This document shows, piece by piece, positions 8,926-18,025 of a DNA stretch of 22,980 nucleotides. Positions within the stretch are counted from its first letter, which is position 1, and the number at the start of each line of letters is the position of its first letter. Both the position numbers and the translations under genes were made by a program. The stretch is from Phycisphaerales bacterium (GTDB taxonomy: Bacteria > Planctomycetota > Phycisphaerae > WQYP01). Location: NCBI GenBank assembly GCA_027451365.1, contig DAIDJN010000052.1:1-22980 (forward strand), given 5' to 3'. The notes under the pieces are model-generated. The model saw only the letters and a list, made by a program, of their open reading frames with translations, searched no databases and was not told the DNA's origin.

Positions 8926-9546
8926 ATGAAATGGAGAAACAGCCAACCCATGTTCCGAAGCCGGGTCGACATTAATATCGACACTAATTCCGGCCCTGCG
9001 ATGCGGCCCGCCCAACCGGTCGCGGGGGATGCGGCTTCGGCGATGGCCATAACCGGTCGGGGGCCGGAAGGGCTTCTGCATGGCAATGAAATTGTAATTC
9101 TTCTGGTCCGACCATCGGTCTGGTATCTGCTGGCCAGCAGTCTGCGTTTTTCCGCAGTCGTGGTGCTGCTGGCGGTTTGGCTGGGGCCACGGGCAATGGC
9201 GAACCATTGGCTGGAGTTCCAGACACTTATCTCATTACCGGCCATTCTGATCGCCGTGCGGGTTGCGTATGCAATTATGGATTGGCTGTCGCATTGGTAT
9301 ATGCTGACAAATTGCCGAATTATCACCATCAAAGGCGTTCGTCAGCCAGTCTTTTTTCAGGCGTCGCTGAGCAAGCTAAGCGACGTTCAAGTGATACGAA
9401 CGCCCCTGGAACGGCTTCTGGGCCTGGGCAGCATTGGCTTTTCGACGGATACACACATTCATCCAGACAGTCTATGGCATTGGATTGCCCGTCCTGACCG
9501 GGTGCATCAGCAGATTGTGCGAACTATGCAGGACCGACGAAAATAA
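8926..9546 (+). CDS. Membrane protein with bacterial PH domain (bPH_2/YdbS-like)
   Basis: Two hydrophobic segments, then YMLTNCRIITIKGV...LSDVQV..TPLERLLGLGSI. The start is uncertain (8881, 8926, 8950 or 9001). Confidence 0.82.
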   Translation: MKWRNSQPMFRSRVDINIDTNSGPAMRPAQPVAGDAASAMAITGRGPEGLLHGNEIVILLVRPSVWYLLASSLRFSAVVVLLAVWLGPRAMANHWLEFQTLISLPAILIAVRVAYAIMDWLSHWYMLTNCRIITIKGVRQPVFFQASLSKLSDVQVIRTPLERLLGLGSIGFSTDTHIHPDSLWHWIARPDRVHQQIVRTMQDRRK

Positions 9547-9588
9547 CGCGTTCGTCGCCGTGGCGTGGCCTTTTGATATATGTAAACT

Positions 9589-10812
9589 TCAGCGCGGCAA
9601 TTGCCCGCGGGCTGGTTTTGGTATGGATGACACGCGGGCGGCGGGAATAATTCGCCGGACCACCGCGTGTGAAGCCACATGGACGGCCTGTACGCCATGC
9701 GGCAGCTGAATCGCCAGAAGAGTGCCGTCGGAACCAAAAAAAAATGCCTCCTGCAACACCGCAAACCGCAGTACATTCACCTGCCAGCACTTTTTTGCGG
9801 TTAACCCGTCCATATGAAGCGGCCGGATTCCCATCGTTTGAAGCGAGCAATTCAGTCGCGTGGCAAGCGTGTCTGTCGAAATTTCCGCAAGATGCACCAC
9901 CACGCCGGCGCGATGCGGCATCGCCGCGGCAAGCAGCACCATCGCAGGCATGGGAATCAGCATTTGGCGGGTTGTCGTCAGCTTTATTTGACTTGTTCCA
10001 TCGGCGGCATCTATGCGAAGGTTGAGCCTGTTGCCCAGCCATCGGGCGCGGACGGTGCGCCCAGGCTGGCTCCATAAAATCGTTCTAAGACACCATGGCC
10101 TGGCCGTCAGGCCGGCGACGGACCGCAAGCCAACATTCCAGCGGGCGGCCGACAGCGGGCCCGGTCGGACCGCCTGCTGATTCCATTCCACCCGCCAGCG
10201 GCTGGCGTGGTGCCAAATGCCCAAATGCAGCGCCCCGATCACTTCCTTGTTGCGCATCAGCAGATACCAGGAATGGTGGCCAAGTATCTGGCCGCTGCCG
10301 GGCTGAACGGTCGGGATGTCGTTCACATGCCAGTGAAATTTTCCAGGTGCCGTCGCGGGCGGCCCTAAGGGAACTGCAGTTCCAGCCGTAACCGACATTA
10401 AGGCGATCCTAGGTATGCCTGGGGGCAGCCGCAGGTGCACAATCTGATTTCCGCGAGCCACCAGTATGGGAAGACTTTTTTCACCGATCGATTGTGCGGC
10501 CCGAACGGCGTGGCGAAATTGGCGGATCGTCCGCACCGGTGAGCCATCCACTCTGCAAATAATATCGCCCGGCTGAAGACCCGAATGTGCGAGTCCGGGC
10601 CGCAGTTCCAGGGAAATAACCGCCACGCCGCTTGCCGGCGGTTGACGCAGAATGGAAAGCACACGCTGGTTGGCCCGCTGCAGCGAATTGCCCACGGGAT
10701 GCGCTGCCTGCAACGGACCTGGTGTAGCGCACCACAATATGGCCAGCAATGTCGCCCGCAATGGCGCGGAGCGTTTGTCGGTAATGTGGAGAATCGCCGA
10801 TATATATTTCAA
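9589..10812 (-). CDS. Probably exported PDZ-domain protein
   Basis: GLAHSGLQPGDIICRVDGSPV...LVARGN is a PDZ signature, and the N-terminus is signal-peptide-like. TTG at 10812 overlaps the upstream TGA (TTGA), which avoids the 262-bp overlap of the 11070 start. Confidence 0.75.
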   Translation of the reverse strand: MKYISAILHITDKRSAPLRATLLAILWCATPGPLQAAHPVGNSLQRANQRVLSILRQPPASGVAVISLELRPGLAHSGLQPGDIICRVDGSPVRTIRQFRHAVRAAQSIGEKSLPILVARGNQIVHLRLPPGIPRIALMSVTAGTAVPLGPPATAPGKFHWHVNDIPTVQPGSGQILGHHSWYLLMRNKEVIGALHLGIWHHASRWRVEWNQQAVRPGPLSAARWNVGLRSVAGLTARPWCLRTILWSQPGRTVRARWLGNRLNLRIDAADGTSQIKLTTTRQMLIPMPAMVLLAAAMPHRAGVVVHLAEISTDTLATRLNCSLQTMGIRPLHMDGLTAKKCWQVNVLRFAVLQEAFFFGSDGTLLAIQLPHGVQAVHVASHAVVRRIIPAARVSSIPKPARGQLPR

Positions 10813-11657
10813 TGCAACTCCGTTGCCGCGTCCGAATGTATCTGTCGTGTGACATAATCCAATCCGCCGATAACCAGTTGCTGAAATGCCGGATTTTTCC
10901 AGGTGGCCTGGCGGTGGCCCAGCGCGGAATAAAAGACACGTCCCTTGCCGTTCTGGCGTATCCAGCAATTGGGATAATCGGGCCGGTGGTAAATCGATCC
11001 TGTCATGCCGTGCGTTTGCAGCATGGTAATCACGTGCAAGTCTCTGGCCAGATTGGAAAAAGTGTACCATTCTTCCAGCATACGGAAAGATTTCGTCCCC
11101 AGCGCTGATATGCCCGGGAACTTTGAATCGACAATCAAATTGGTGGCTACCTGTTGGCCACCGTGTCCGGCAAATTCGCCTCCGATCATCTGAATATAAT
11201 CTGATATTTTACCCGGCCTGCTGTGAAAAGTGTCCGTAGCGCAGTGCAAGCCCACAAATCCGCATCCATCGGATATGGCATTCAGAAAGGCCTTTTTTCC
11301 GGCCTTAGTCATGGGTGGCTGGCCATCGGTGCCGCGCTGGGTAAGGTCTCCGGTGGTGTAAAAAGCGAATGCGTCCCATTGATGAATGCGGCTGGGATCA
11401 AACAGGCGGCCGTCCTTACTGCAATGCACCGCGTAGCCATGGGCTTGGGCAAAATGCGTGAAAATAGTTTCAGCAAGCGAAAGTTTTCCGCCAACTCTAC
11501 GAATAGTCTGGTGTTCAAAGCCCGAACTTTTCGTGAAAAATAAAACCCGCTTTTTCGCGCCCGCCGCCGGCGTCGTTGCACGCAGATTGGCTTTTGCCAG
11601 CGGCAAACCCGCCGCCGCTATCGTTGCTATAACCAATTCACGTCGCGTCAGTTGCAT
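10809..11657 (-). CDS. Tat-exported ThuA-like (class I glutamine amidotransferase-like fold) protein
   Basis: MQLTRRELV twin-arginine signal after CAGGAG; VLFFTKSSGFEH, GFVGLHCATDT, EEWY and GKGRVFYSALGH motifs. Confidence 0.9.
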   Translation of the reverse strand: MQLTRRELVIATIAAAGLPLAKANLRATTPAAGAKKRVLFFTKSSGFEHQTIRRVGGKLSLAETIFTHFAQAHGYAVHCSKDGRLFDPSRIHQWDAFAFYTTGDLTQRGTDGQPPMTKAGKKAFLNAISDGCGFVGLHCATDTFHSRPGKISDYIQMIGGEFAGHGGQQVATNLIVDSKFPGISALGTKSFRMLEEWYTFSNLARDLHVITMLQTHGMTGSIYHRPDYPNCWIRQNGKGRVFYSALGHRQATWKNPAFQQLVIGGLDYVTRQIHSDAATELH

Positions 11658-11754
11658 GGCTTTGCTCCTGATAAAGTGCTTTCGCCCGCCACGATTACCG
11701 CCTGATTCCCGGCGGGACAAATTTTCCCGAAAAGGCCTTTTTTAGCTGCGGATG

Positions 11755-13137
11755 TTATGGCAGTTGTAAACGCAGCCGTTCAATGCGGAAAATAAGTTCG
11801 CGTGCGGTGGCATCATCCGCGGCTTCGGCAATCACGCGAGCGATCGGTTCAGTATTGCTGGGACGGACCTGAACCCATCCTTCGGGCCAGTCAATGCGCA
11901 CACCATCCTGCAGGTCCAGTTGCTGGGTGGAATATGCCGCTTTCACTTTTTCCACCAGTTGGTCAGCCTGCTGACGCGTGCAGGCGAATTTGGATTTGAT
12001 CATGGCGTAGGCCGGCAGGCTGGCCACAAGTTCACTTACCTTTTTTCCGGTTCGCGTCATCAATTCAAGTATAGACGCCATTCCCATAAGGGAATCGCGG
12101 ACCGGGCCGACGCGCAGGTCTATCACGCCGCCATTGCCTTCACCACCTATGATGGCATCTTCCTGCAGCATCCGGGCGGCTACATTGGCTTCGCCTACGG
12201 CGGTGCGCAGGACGGGGGAATCAAAGCGGCGGGCGATATCATCAATCATCCGGCTGGTGGACAGATTGCACACCACCGTCCCCGGTCGGGACATCAGGCG
12301 GTTGAGTACCGCCATTGCCAGAGTATATTCCTCTCCAATAAAGCGACCGGTTTCGTCTACCACCACCAGTCGGTCGGCATCCGGGTCCTGCGCGAAGCCG
12401 ATGGCTGCCTTTTTTTCAATGACGACACGGCATAAATCCAGCAGATTTTCCCGAATCGGTTCGGGGGTGTGGGCAAATTTGCCGGTGGCCTCGCCATTGA
12501 TATGTACCAGTTCCGCGCCCAGTTTGCCCAGCAGCATCGGCGAGGCGATGCACCCGGCACCGTTAATGCTGTCCAGCACAATCCGGTAACGGTGCGAGGC
12601 GATCGGTTTAGCATCCACATGTTGCAGCACGGTCTGTACATGATGGGCATGGCTTCGACTGTCGGAACTTAAGGATCCGACATGGTCCACATCCGCCGGT
12701 TTCCAGTTGCCGGAGGCGTACAGAGCCTTCAGCCGTTCAATAACCGTGGGGGGGAAGCCGACGCCATCGGCGCGGAGAAATTTTATTCCGTTGTATTCAG
12801 GGGGATTATGGGACGCGGTGATCACTATGCCGGCATCCGCCGTTAGAAAGCGTGTCATGAGTCCCACACTGGGCGTGGTCACAACGCCAAGATCCGTCAC
12901 GTTTACACCGACGGAAAGCAGTCCGGCCGCCAGTGCGCAAGCCACCATCGGTCCGGAAACGCGACTGTCACGTCCCAGCACCGCCCGCAGCGGCCGCGTG
13001 TTGCCGGCAATCGCCTGGTTTTCCTGAAGCAGTCTTCCGAAGGCCTGCCCAAATCGTAGAATGGAATCCGGTGCCAGCGACTGGCCCACAATGCCCCGTA
13101 TTCCGGAAACGCTGACAATTAATTCGGACTGCGGCAT
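11755..13137 (-). CDS. glmM: Alpha-D-phosphohexomutase (phosphoglucosamine mutase / phosphomannomutase)
   Basis: SGIRG, GRDSR, phosphoserine loop TASHNP, metal loop DPDADR, GEGNGG and RPSNTEP. The family is secure; substrate specificity is not. Confidence 0.85.
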   Translation of the reverse strand: MPQSELIVSVSGIRGIVGQSLAPDSILRFGQAFGRLLQENQAIAGNTRPLRAVLGRDSRVSGPMVACALAAGLLSVGVNVTDLGVVTTPSVGLMTRFLTADAGIVITASHNPPEYNGIKFLRADGVGFPPTVIERLKALYASGNWKPADVDHVGSLSSDSRSHAHHVQTVLQHVDAKPIASHRYRIVLDSINGAGCIASPMLLGKLGAELVHINGEATGKFAHTPEPIRENLLDLCRVVIEKKAAIGFAQDPDADRLVVVDETGRFIGEEYTLAMAVLNRLMSRPGTVVCNLSTSRMIDDIARRFDSPVLRTAVGEANVAARMLQEDAIIGGEGNGGVIDLRVGPVRDSLMGMASILELMTRTGKKVSELVASLPAYAMIKSKFACTRQQADQLVEKVKAAYSTQQLDLQDGVRIDWPEGWVQVRPSNTEPIARVIAEAADDATARELIFRIERLRLQLP

Positions 13138-13377
13138 ATACGTTTTTATCCTTTCCGCGCCTTTGTTCCTTCCTCTAGTCCAAGTGTATGGCAGAATACC
13201 AATGATGGAAATGAACGCAAGCCGGACCGATAGAAAAATCGGACAGGCTTGACGTCGTCCCCCAGCGGTAATGGATGGCTAGAGGAGACCGTGTGGCACG
13301 CGGACTCCTTTAAACCAGGACATGCGAAGGCCGCACAACACGAATGGTCCAACCGCCTGCCTGCCGCCGGGGCTGAA

Positions 13378-14934
13378 TTATTTGCCGACAGCGAGCGTCA
13401 CAACAGCCACGCCCAAACCGCCCAGGTGAAATCGGTTACTCGCCAGGCGGCGCATGCGCGGCTGGCCGGATCCGGTTTCTTGATCCACCCATTGTTCTGT
13501 GGCGCCTTTGGCGCCGGCCACCAGAATCCAAGCCGCTTTATCTCGACAATTCACCAGCAGAATTTTGCGATCTCCGGATGGCGTCCAAAAAGCCTGGGCG
13601 AAAAGTCGGCCGGCGGTTTTATTCGCCGGTGAACTGGCCAAAACCCGGGTGACCGGCATGTGATCCGCCGGTCCGAAGTTTTTCACCAGCATTTGCAGCA
13701 CGCGGAAGCGGGCATTGGGAACACCGGTGGTCCAATTGACCATGGAAACACTTGGAAACTGACTCGGATAGCCGATCAATTGGCTTTCTCCGACCACATG
13801 AATTCCCATTGCGGCAAGTTTTGCGTACATATATGCATACATTGCACCGCTTAAATTCCAATACATGTGCGGTATCGGGCGGGCGAGTTGTGGGGCGGTA
13901 TCGTCGGGTAAAATTGAGCCAAGTTCGTCAACATCTGTAAGTGTCTGGGGCGAAAGCCGTCGCCGGATTTTTTCCACGGCCCGCACCTGGCCTAGAAAGT
14001 TATCCGCCTGTTTGAAAAACAGCGCGGGCCACACTGCGGGTTTGTCGGCTGCTGTCGGCTGAGCATAAAAATGATAAGAAATCATATCCAGCGGAGCGCC
14101 ATGGGTATGGTTGCGAGGATTAAGAAAATATTCAAACCATGAAAGGCTGTTGGCGGGGGTGCCCAGGGCCATTCCCACAAATCGTGTGTGCGGGGATATT
14201 TTGTGAATCGCCGCGGTGATCGCATCGTAATACCGTGTGTAAACCTGCGGCGTCATGTGGTGTTCCCACTCCACTTCATTTAGAACTTCCCACCAGGCAA
14301 TATGGTAATGAAAGGGCGAGGGATGCCATTTTCCAAATTCATCATGAAACCCGCCGCGGGTGTACCAACTGACCAGTCGGGCGTAATAATCTGCCACGGC
14401 CTGTATCCCCGGCTTGCGTAACGTGGTTCCCTGTTCATAACCCCAGTCCACCTGATCCGGATTTTTTGGATAGCCGATCGGCTTTGGTGTTTTGAACATC
14501 CATTCCGGGATAGTACTGAAATTCATAATGACAGAATGGCCTTTCGTGGCCCGCATAAACGCCCGCACCATTGGATCAATGAGCGAAAAATTCCAACTGG
14601 TGTGGCCATTGGCCGGCGGTTTAAGCTCTGCAACCGCAAGTCTCGGATACGGCAGCCACGGCACGAAACGCACATCATTGGCGCCCAGTTTGTGGACGGC
14701 TTTCAGGGCGCGTTGACCGACCCGTGAATTGGGCCGCAGAAGCGGATTGACCACGACCTGAAGTGTGGGAACGGCGTTTGAAACGGGGCCCGTTTGCGCC
14801 CAATTGACGTTTACCCGAACTATTCCGCCCGGCACCTTTGCGGATACAGGATTGAACGCACTGATGAATGCAACGCCAGCCGTTGCCAACACAACTTTTC
14901 GTGACTTAAATGTCAGTTTTCGTAAAATACCCAT
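13378..14934 (-). CDS. Secreted clan GH-A glycoside hydrolase, GH39-like
   Basis: Signal peptide after GGAGGT (ATG 14934); WEVLNEVE acid/base motif; PLDMISYHFY; DELG nucleophile-like motif; beta-rich C-terminus. Confidence 0.8.
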   Translation of the reverse strand: MGILRKLTFKSRKVVLATAGVAFISAFNPVSAKVPGGIVRVNVNWAQTGPVSNAVPTLQVVVNPLLRPNSRVGQRALKAVHKLGANDVRFVPWLPYPRLAVAELKPPANGHTSWNFSLIDPMVRAFMRATKGHSVIMNFSTIPEWMFKTPKPIGYPKNPDQVDWGYEQGTTLRKPGIQAVADYYARLVSWYTRGGFHDEFGKWHPSPFHYHIAWWEVLNEVEWEHHMTPQVYTRYYDAITAAIHKISPHTRFVGMALGTPANSLSWFEYFLNPRNHTHGAPLDMISYHFYAQPTAADKPAVWPALFFKQADNFLGQVRAVEKIRRRLSPQTLTDVDELGSILPDDTAPQLARPIPHMYWNLSGAMYAYMYAKLAAMGIHVVGESQLIGYPSQFPSVSMVNWTTGVPNARFRVLQMLVKNFGPADHMPVTRVLASSPANKTAGRLFAQAFWTPSGDRKILLVNCRDKAAWILVAGAKGATEQWVDQETGSGQPRMRRLASNRFHLGGLGVAVVTLAVGK

Positions 14935-15249
14935 GCCGACCTCCGGAACGAAACGATACCGGATTAAACCATTGATGGCATCTGTCGTCAACGAGATAAA
15001 TAGTTGAGACACAACGACCTGAATGCAATCAGGGCAATCTGTTGGGGGGCTGCAAATTTTTCCGGGCTGGCGTTAATTCCGAAGGATAAATGCATGTCAA
15101 GGATATTGGAAGTTGTACGCCAATTGACCAACTCTTGGACAAGACTGAAGCGACGATCAGTCTGGGACTGCGAGTGTTGTGTTGTCGCCATGTCGCCTTG
15201 AAGGAAACAGTGCTCCGGTCAAGATTCAGGTGCGTCCTCGTTTCACTTT

Positions 15250-15570
15250 CCAAGGGAACTGCGGAAAGAAACCCGCGGCGTTAAACGCAAAAAGGTCGAT
15301 CGGCTGATCACCTGCGCGTCAGATCGGCGGGAAATGATCCGGTATCCAGCGTTCAACGCCAAGGCCTGGCAGATTGGCAGCGGACCAATGGAAAGCCAGT
15401 GCCGCGTGCTCTCTGATCGCGTGCGCGGATCGGTCATGCGATGGGACACGGACAATGCCGAAGCCGTCATGGCCTTAGAATCCATGGAACAGAGCAATCA
15501 GTGGCCGCTATACTGGAAAATCGCCACGTTACGCAACAATTAGATCGTGCCCGAAAAAATGGCCACGCCC
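15250..15570 (+). pseudogene. 5'-truncated ISKra4/ISLre2-like transposase remnant with putative right inverted repeat
   Basis: In frame: ELRKETRGVKRKKVDRLIT...MIRYPAF...WQIGSGPMESQC...RVRG..MRWDTDNAEAVMAL* (TAG 15541-15543), followed by ...AAAAAATGGCCACGCCC ending at 15570. The frame is closed upstream by TGA 15199-15201. Confidence 0.8.
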
Positions 15571-15572
15571 AA

Positions 15573-16748
15573 TCAAATCGGTTGAATCGGCCGCTGTTCC
15601 ACCACGCTTAGTCCAAAGCCATCCAGACCGTGCAGCTTTTTAGGGCGATTGGTAAGTACAATCAGCTTTTTAAGTCCCAGATTTCGCAGAATTTGCGCAC
15701 CAATCCCCAAATCTCTCCGCACATTGGACTCTCCGCCAATTTCCGGGTGCGGTTGGCGAAGTGTGTTTGATTTTATTTCGCGCAGCCTGCCCAAAAGTGC
15801 CAGTCCGCGCGATTCCTGTCGCAGGTACACAATTGCGCCGTTACCGGCTTTCTGGATCATTCGCATCGATTGCCGCAATTCTCGACCGCTTGGTGTGAAA
15901 TTTGCGCCAAATACGTCGCCCAGAAGATGCTCGGAATGCACGCGCACCATTACCGGGTCTTCCTGGGGAGGTGCTTGTCCCGTGGCAGGATCTAATTGAC
16001 CGGTTGGTCCAGCACATAACGCTAGATGCAGCAGCGAATCCTGCCCGCTTTCGTAAACATGCAGCGTAAACGGACCCTCCGCCGTGTCCAGCGGGACTGA
16101 TTCGAGCCGGTGCACCAGCGTTTCGCGCCGTAAGCGATATTCAATCAGGTCCGCAATGGAGCACATCAACAGGTTATGGCGGGCGCAGAATGCCTCCAAT
16201 TGCGGCAGGCGAGCCATACTGCCATCTTCAGCCATAATTTCAATGATAACGCCCGCCGGGTACAACCCCGCCAATCGCGCTAGATCCACCGAACCTTCGG
16301 TTTGACCTGCTCGCTCCAGAACGCCGCCCGCCCGGGACCGCAACGGATTGATGTGGCCCGGCCGGCACAGATCATCGGGTTTAGACTTCGGATCAATTAA
16401 TATTTGAATGGTTTTGGCTCGCTCGGACGCCGATACGCCTGTCGTAATTCCAAACCGCGGATGGGCATCTACGGTGACGGTAAATGCCGTGCCCAGCGGT
16501 GCCGTGTTCTGCGACCATTGGGGATGCAGCGCCAGACGATCACAATCTTCCGGGGTCATGGCAACGCAAAGCACGCCACGTGCTTCCTTCACCATAAAAT
16601 TCACAATTTCGGGTGTAATCGAACCGGCGGGACAAACCAAATCTCCCTCATTTTCCCGTTCCTGATCGTCCACCAGCACCACCATGCGGCCACGGCGCAG
16701 TTCAGCCAGTGAATCGTCAATTGAAGCAAAGCTCATACTTTTTGCCAC
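15573..16748 (-). CDS. ribB: 3,4-dihydroxy-2-butanone-4-phosphate synthase fused to a degenerate GTP cyclohydrolase II domain (RibBX-like)
   Basis: DDQERENEGD, TAFTVTVD, TTGVSA and RPGHINPL mark RibB. The C-domain reads VRVHSEHLLGDVFG, YLRQESRG, RDLGIGAQIL and LTNRPKK, without the zinc cysteines. Confidence 0.92.
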   Translation of the reverse strand: MAKSMSFASIDDSLAELRRGRMVVLVDDQERENEGDLVCPAGSITPEIVNFMVKEARGVLCVAMTPEDCDRLALHPQWSQNTAPLGTAFTVTVDAHPRFGITTGVSASERAKTIQILIDPKSKPDDLCRPGHINPLRSRAGGVLERAGQTEGSVDLARLAGLYPAGVIIEIMAEDGSMARLPQLEAFCARHNLLMCSIADLIEYRLRRETLVHRLESVPLDTAEGPFTLHVYESGQDSLLHLALCAGPTGQLDPATGQAPPQEDPVMVRVHSEHLLGDVFGANFTPSGRELRQSMRMIQKAGNGAIVYLRQESRGLALLGRLREIKSNTLRQPHPEIGGESNVRRDLGIGAQILRNLGLKKLIVLTNRPKKLHGLDGFGLSVVEQRPIQPI

Positions 16749-16974
16749 TTATAGCGGACGTGTACTGAAAGCTCAAACTGTCCGAAAAATCAAGCCCGTA
16801 GAAAATGAAGCTGCGATTCCTGAAGTTAATTGCCGCAAACAGCGATCACCAGCCGTTTTCAGTCAACACATCCGTAACTATGCAGCACGGCTGACGTGGC
16901 CCGTCGCCCGTCCCGCCGTCCTTTCGCCAACGGCTTCCATTAACCTATAATTTCGCAAATACAGTATTAAAATT

Positions 16975-17541
16975 CTAGTTTGGGGAGCATATCTTCAATG
17001 TTTGGCTGCCCGGGCATGTCGGCGGCGTAGTAACTTGTTGACCTTGCGGACTGTTCAGCGGCACCCAAGGCGATCCTTTAGCCGGAGAACGCACCAGCAC
17101 CGAATTCTGAGACATCATTGCCTCCTCGGCCATCGGGCTGAATCCTCCCGGTTTTCCCGCCTGTCCACCCTTAATCATTTTGTCCAGCATAGCCTTGGCC
17201 TGCGGCGAATATTCCTGGAGATAGGCAAGCTTTTTATCTGAGCAGCTTCCGCAGGCATAAAAGTATGCCTGAACCAACGTCGGCTTGCCCGTTGCGCCGG
17301 TCAGCGGAGGATAATCCGTCATTGGGCGAATATGCAATGTGCCGTTGCTGGTATCCCAATAATAAGCCCTGGATGGCACCCCGGTCGTCGATCCGCCACC
17401 CATAAAACTGCGGATGGATAGCGCCAGTACCACAATAATAACCACAACCGCCACAATGCTGACCACTGCGGAGTTCCGGTTAATTGTATCGCGTAAATTT
17501 CCTGGTTTCAGACTTTCCTTCCAATTGTATGGCAAAATCAT
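16975..17541 (-). CDS. Membrane-anchored hypothetical protein with CxxC and two further cysteines
   Basis: GAAGGA before ATG 17541; one transmembrane segment (AVVSIVAVVVIIVVLALSI); YACGSC; C-terminal TCPG...ICSP. Confidence 0.75.
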   Translation of the reverse strand: MILPYNWKESLKPGNLRDTINRNSAVVSIVAVVVIIVVLALSIRSFMGGGSTTGVPSRAYYWDTSNGTLHIRPMTDYPPLTGATGKPTLVQAYFYACGSCSDKKLAYLQEYSPQAKAMLDKMIKGGQAGKPGGFSPMAEEAMMSQNSVLVRSPAKGSPWVPLNSPQGQQVTTPPTCPGSQTLKICSPN

Positions 17542-18025
17542 GTGAACCGATCCTTCATAATGCGGCCTGAATAAGGCAAGAATAGAGATATGCCTGTCAA
17601 GCCAATACGCCGATACCCGCACGCAACAGAACGATGCGTAATCCCTAGTTAACAGAAAATGTAGCACGTTTAAGGAAAAATACAAGTCCGTTGCCGATGC
17701 GACGCATACCCCGGTCTGTCTGCAACAGGTGGCGGCCTGTTACAAAATGCCGCTTGGCAAATCCGTAATCCTTCTTCGGTCATATCCGAGTAAATAGACC
17801 GCCTTCCGAATACAGGCCTCACGGCAGGCTGAAATGGCGACCTTCTATTCCGATTGCGGTATTGCGGTTGCATTTTTTTTTCCGGCGTTGCCAAAACCAC
17901 CGAAACCTGTCGAACAAAAGGGCGGCGGCATTCATATTTTTTTTTCCTTGGATTTGCCATGGAGTCCCAAACCAAGGATATTGTAGTCCATCAGGAACGG
18001 TTTTTACCTAAATCCGAGGACGGTT

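Noticed and set aside
9736..9744. A9 tract in the PDZ gene as a phase-variation site (also A8 at 18203-18210)
   Set aside because: The frames are intact, and A/T runs of 8-9 bases are common in this window.
10813..11070. N-terminal extension of the PDZ ORF to 11070
   Set aside because: It lies inside the well-supported ThuA-like gene. The TTG at 10812 gives a signal-peptide-like start without a long overlap.
15072..15100. Complete sigma70 promoter at the minus-strand TTGACA (also at 17600-17595)
   Set aside because: There is no convincing -10 hexamer at 16-18 bp spacing.
16749..16974. FMN riboswitch upstream of ribB
   Set aside because: The conserved RFN segments (AGGGC.GGGTGAAA.TCCC..., AGTC.GGATG.GAGA) are not visible on the minus strand.
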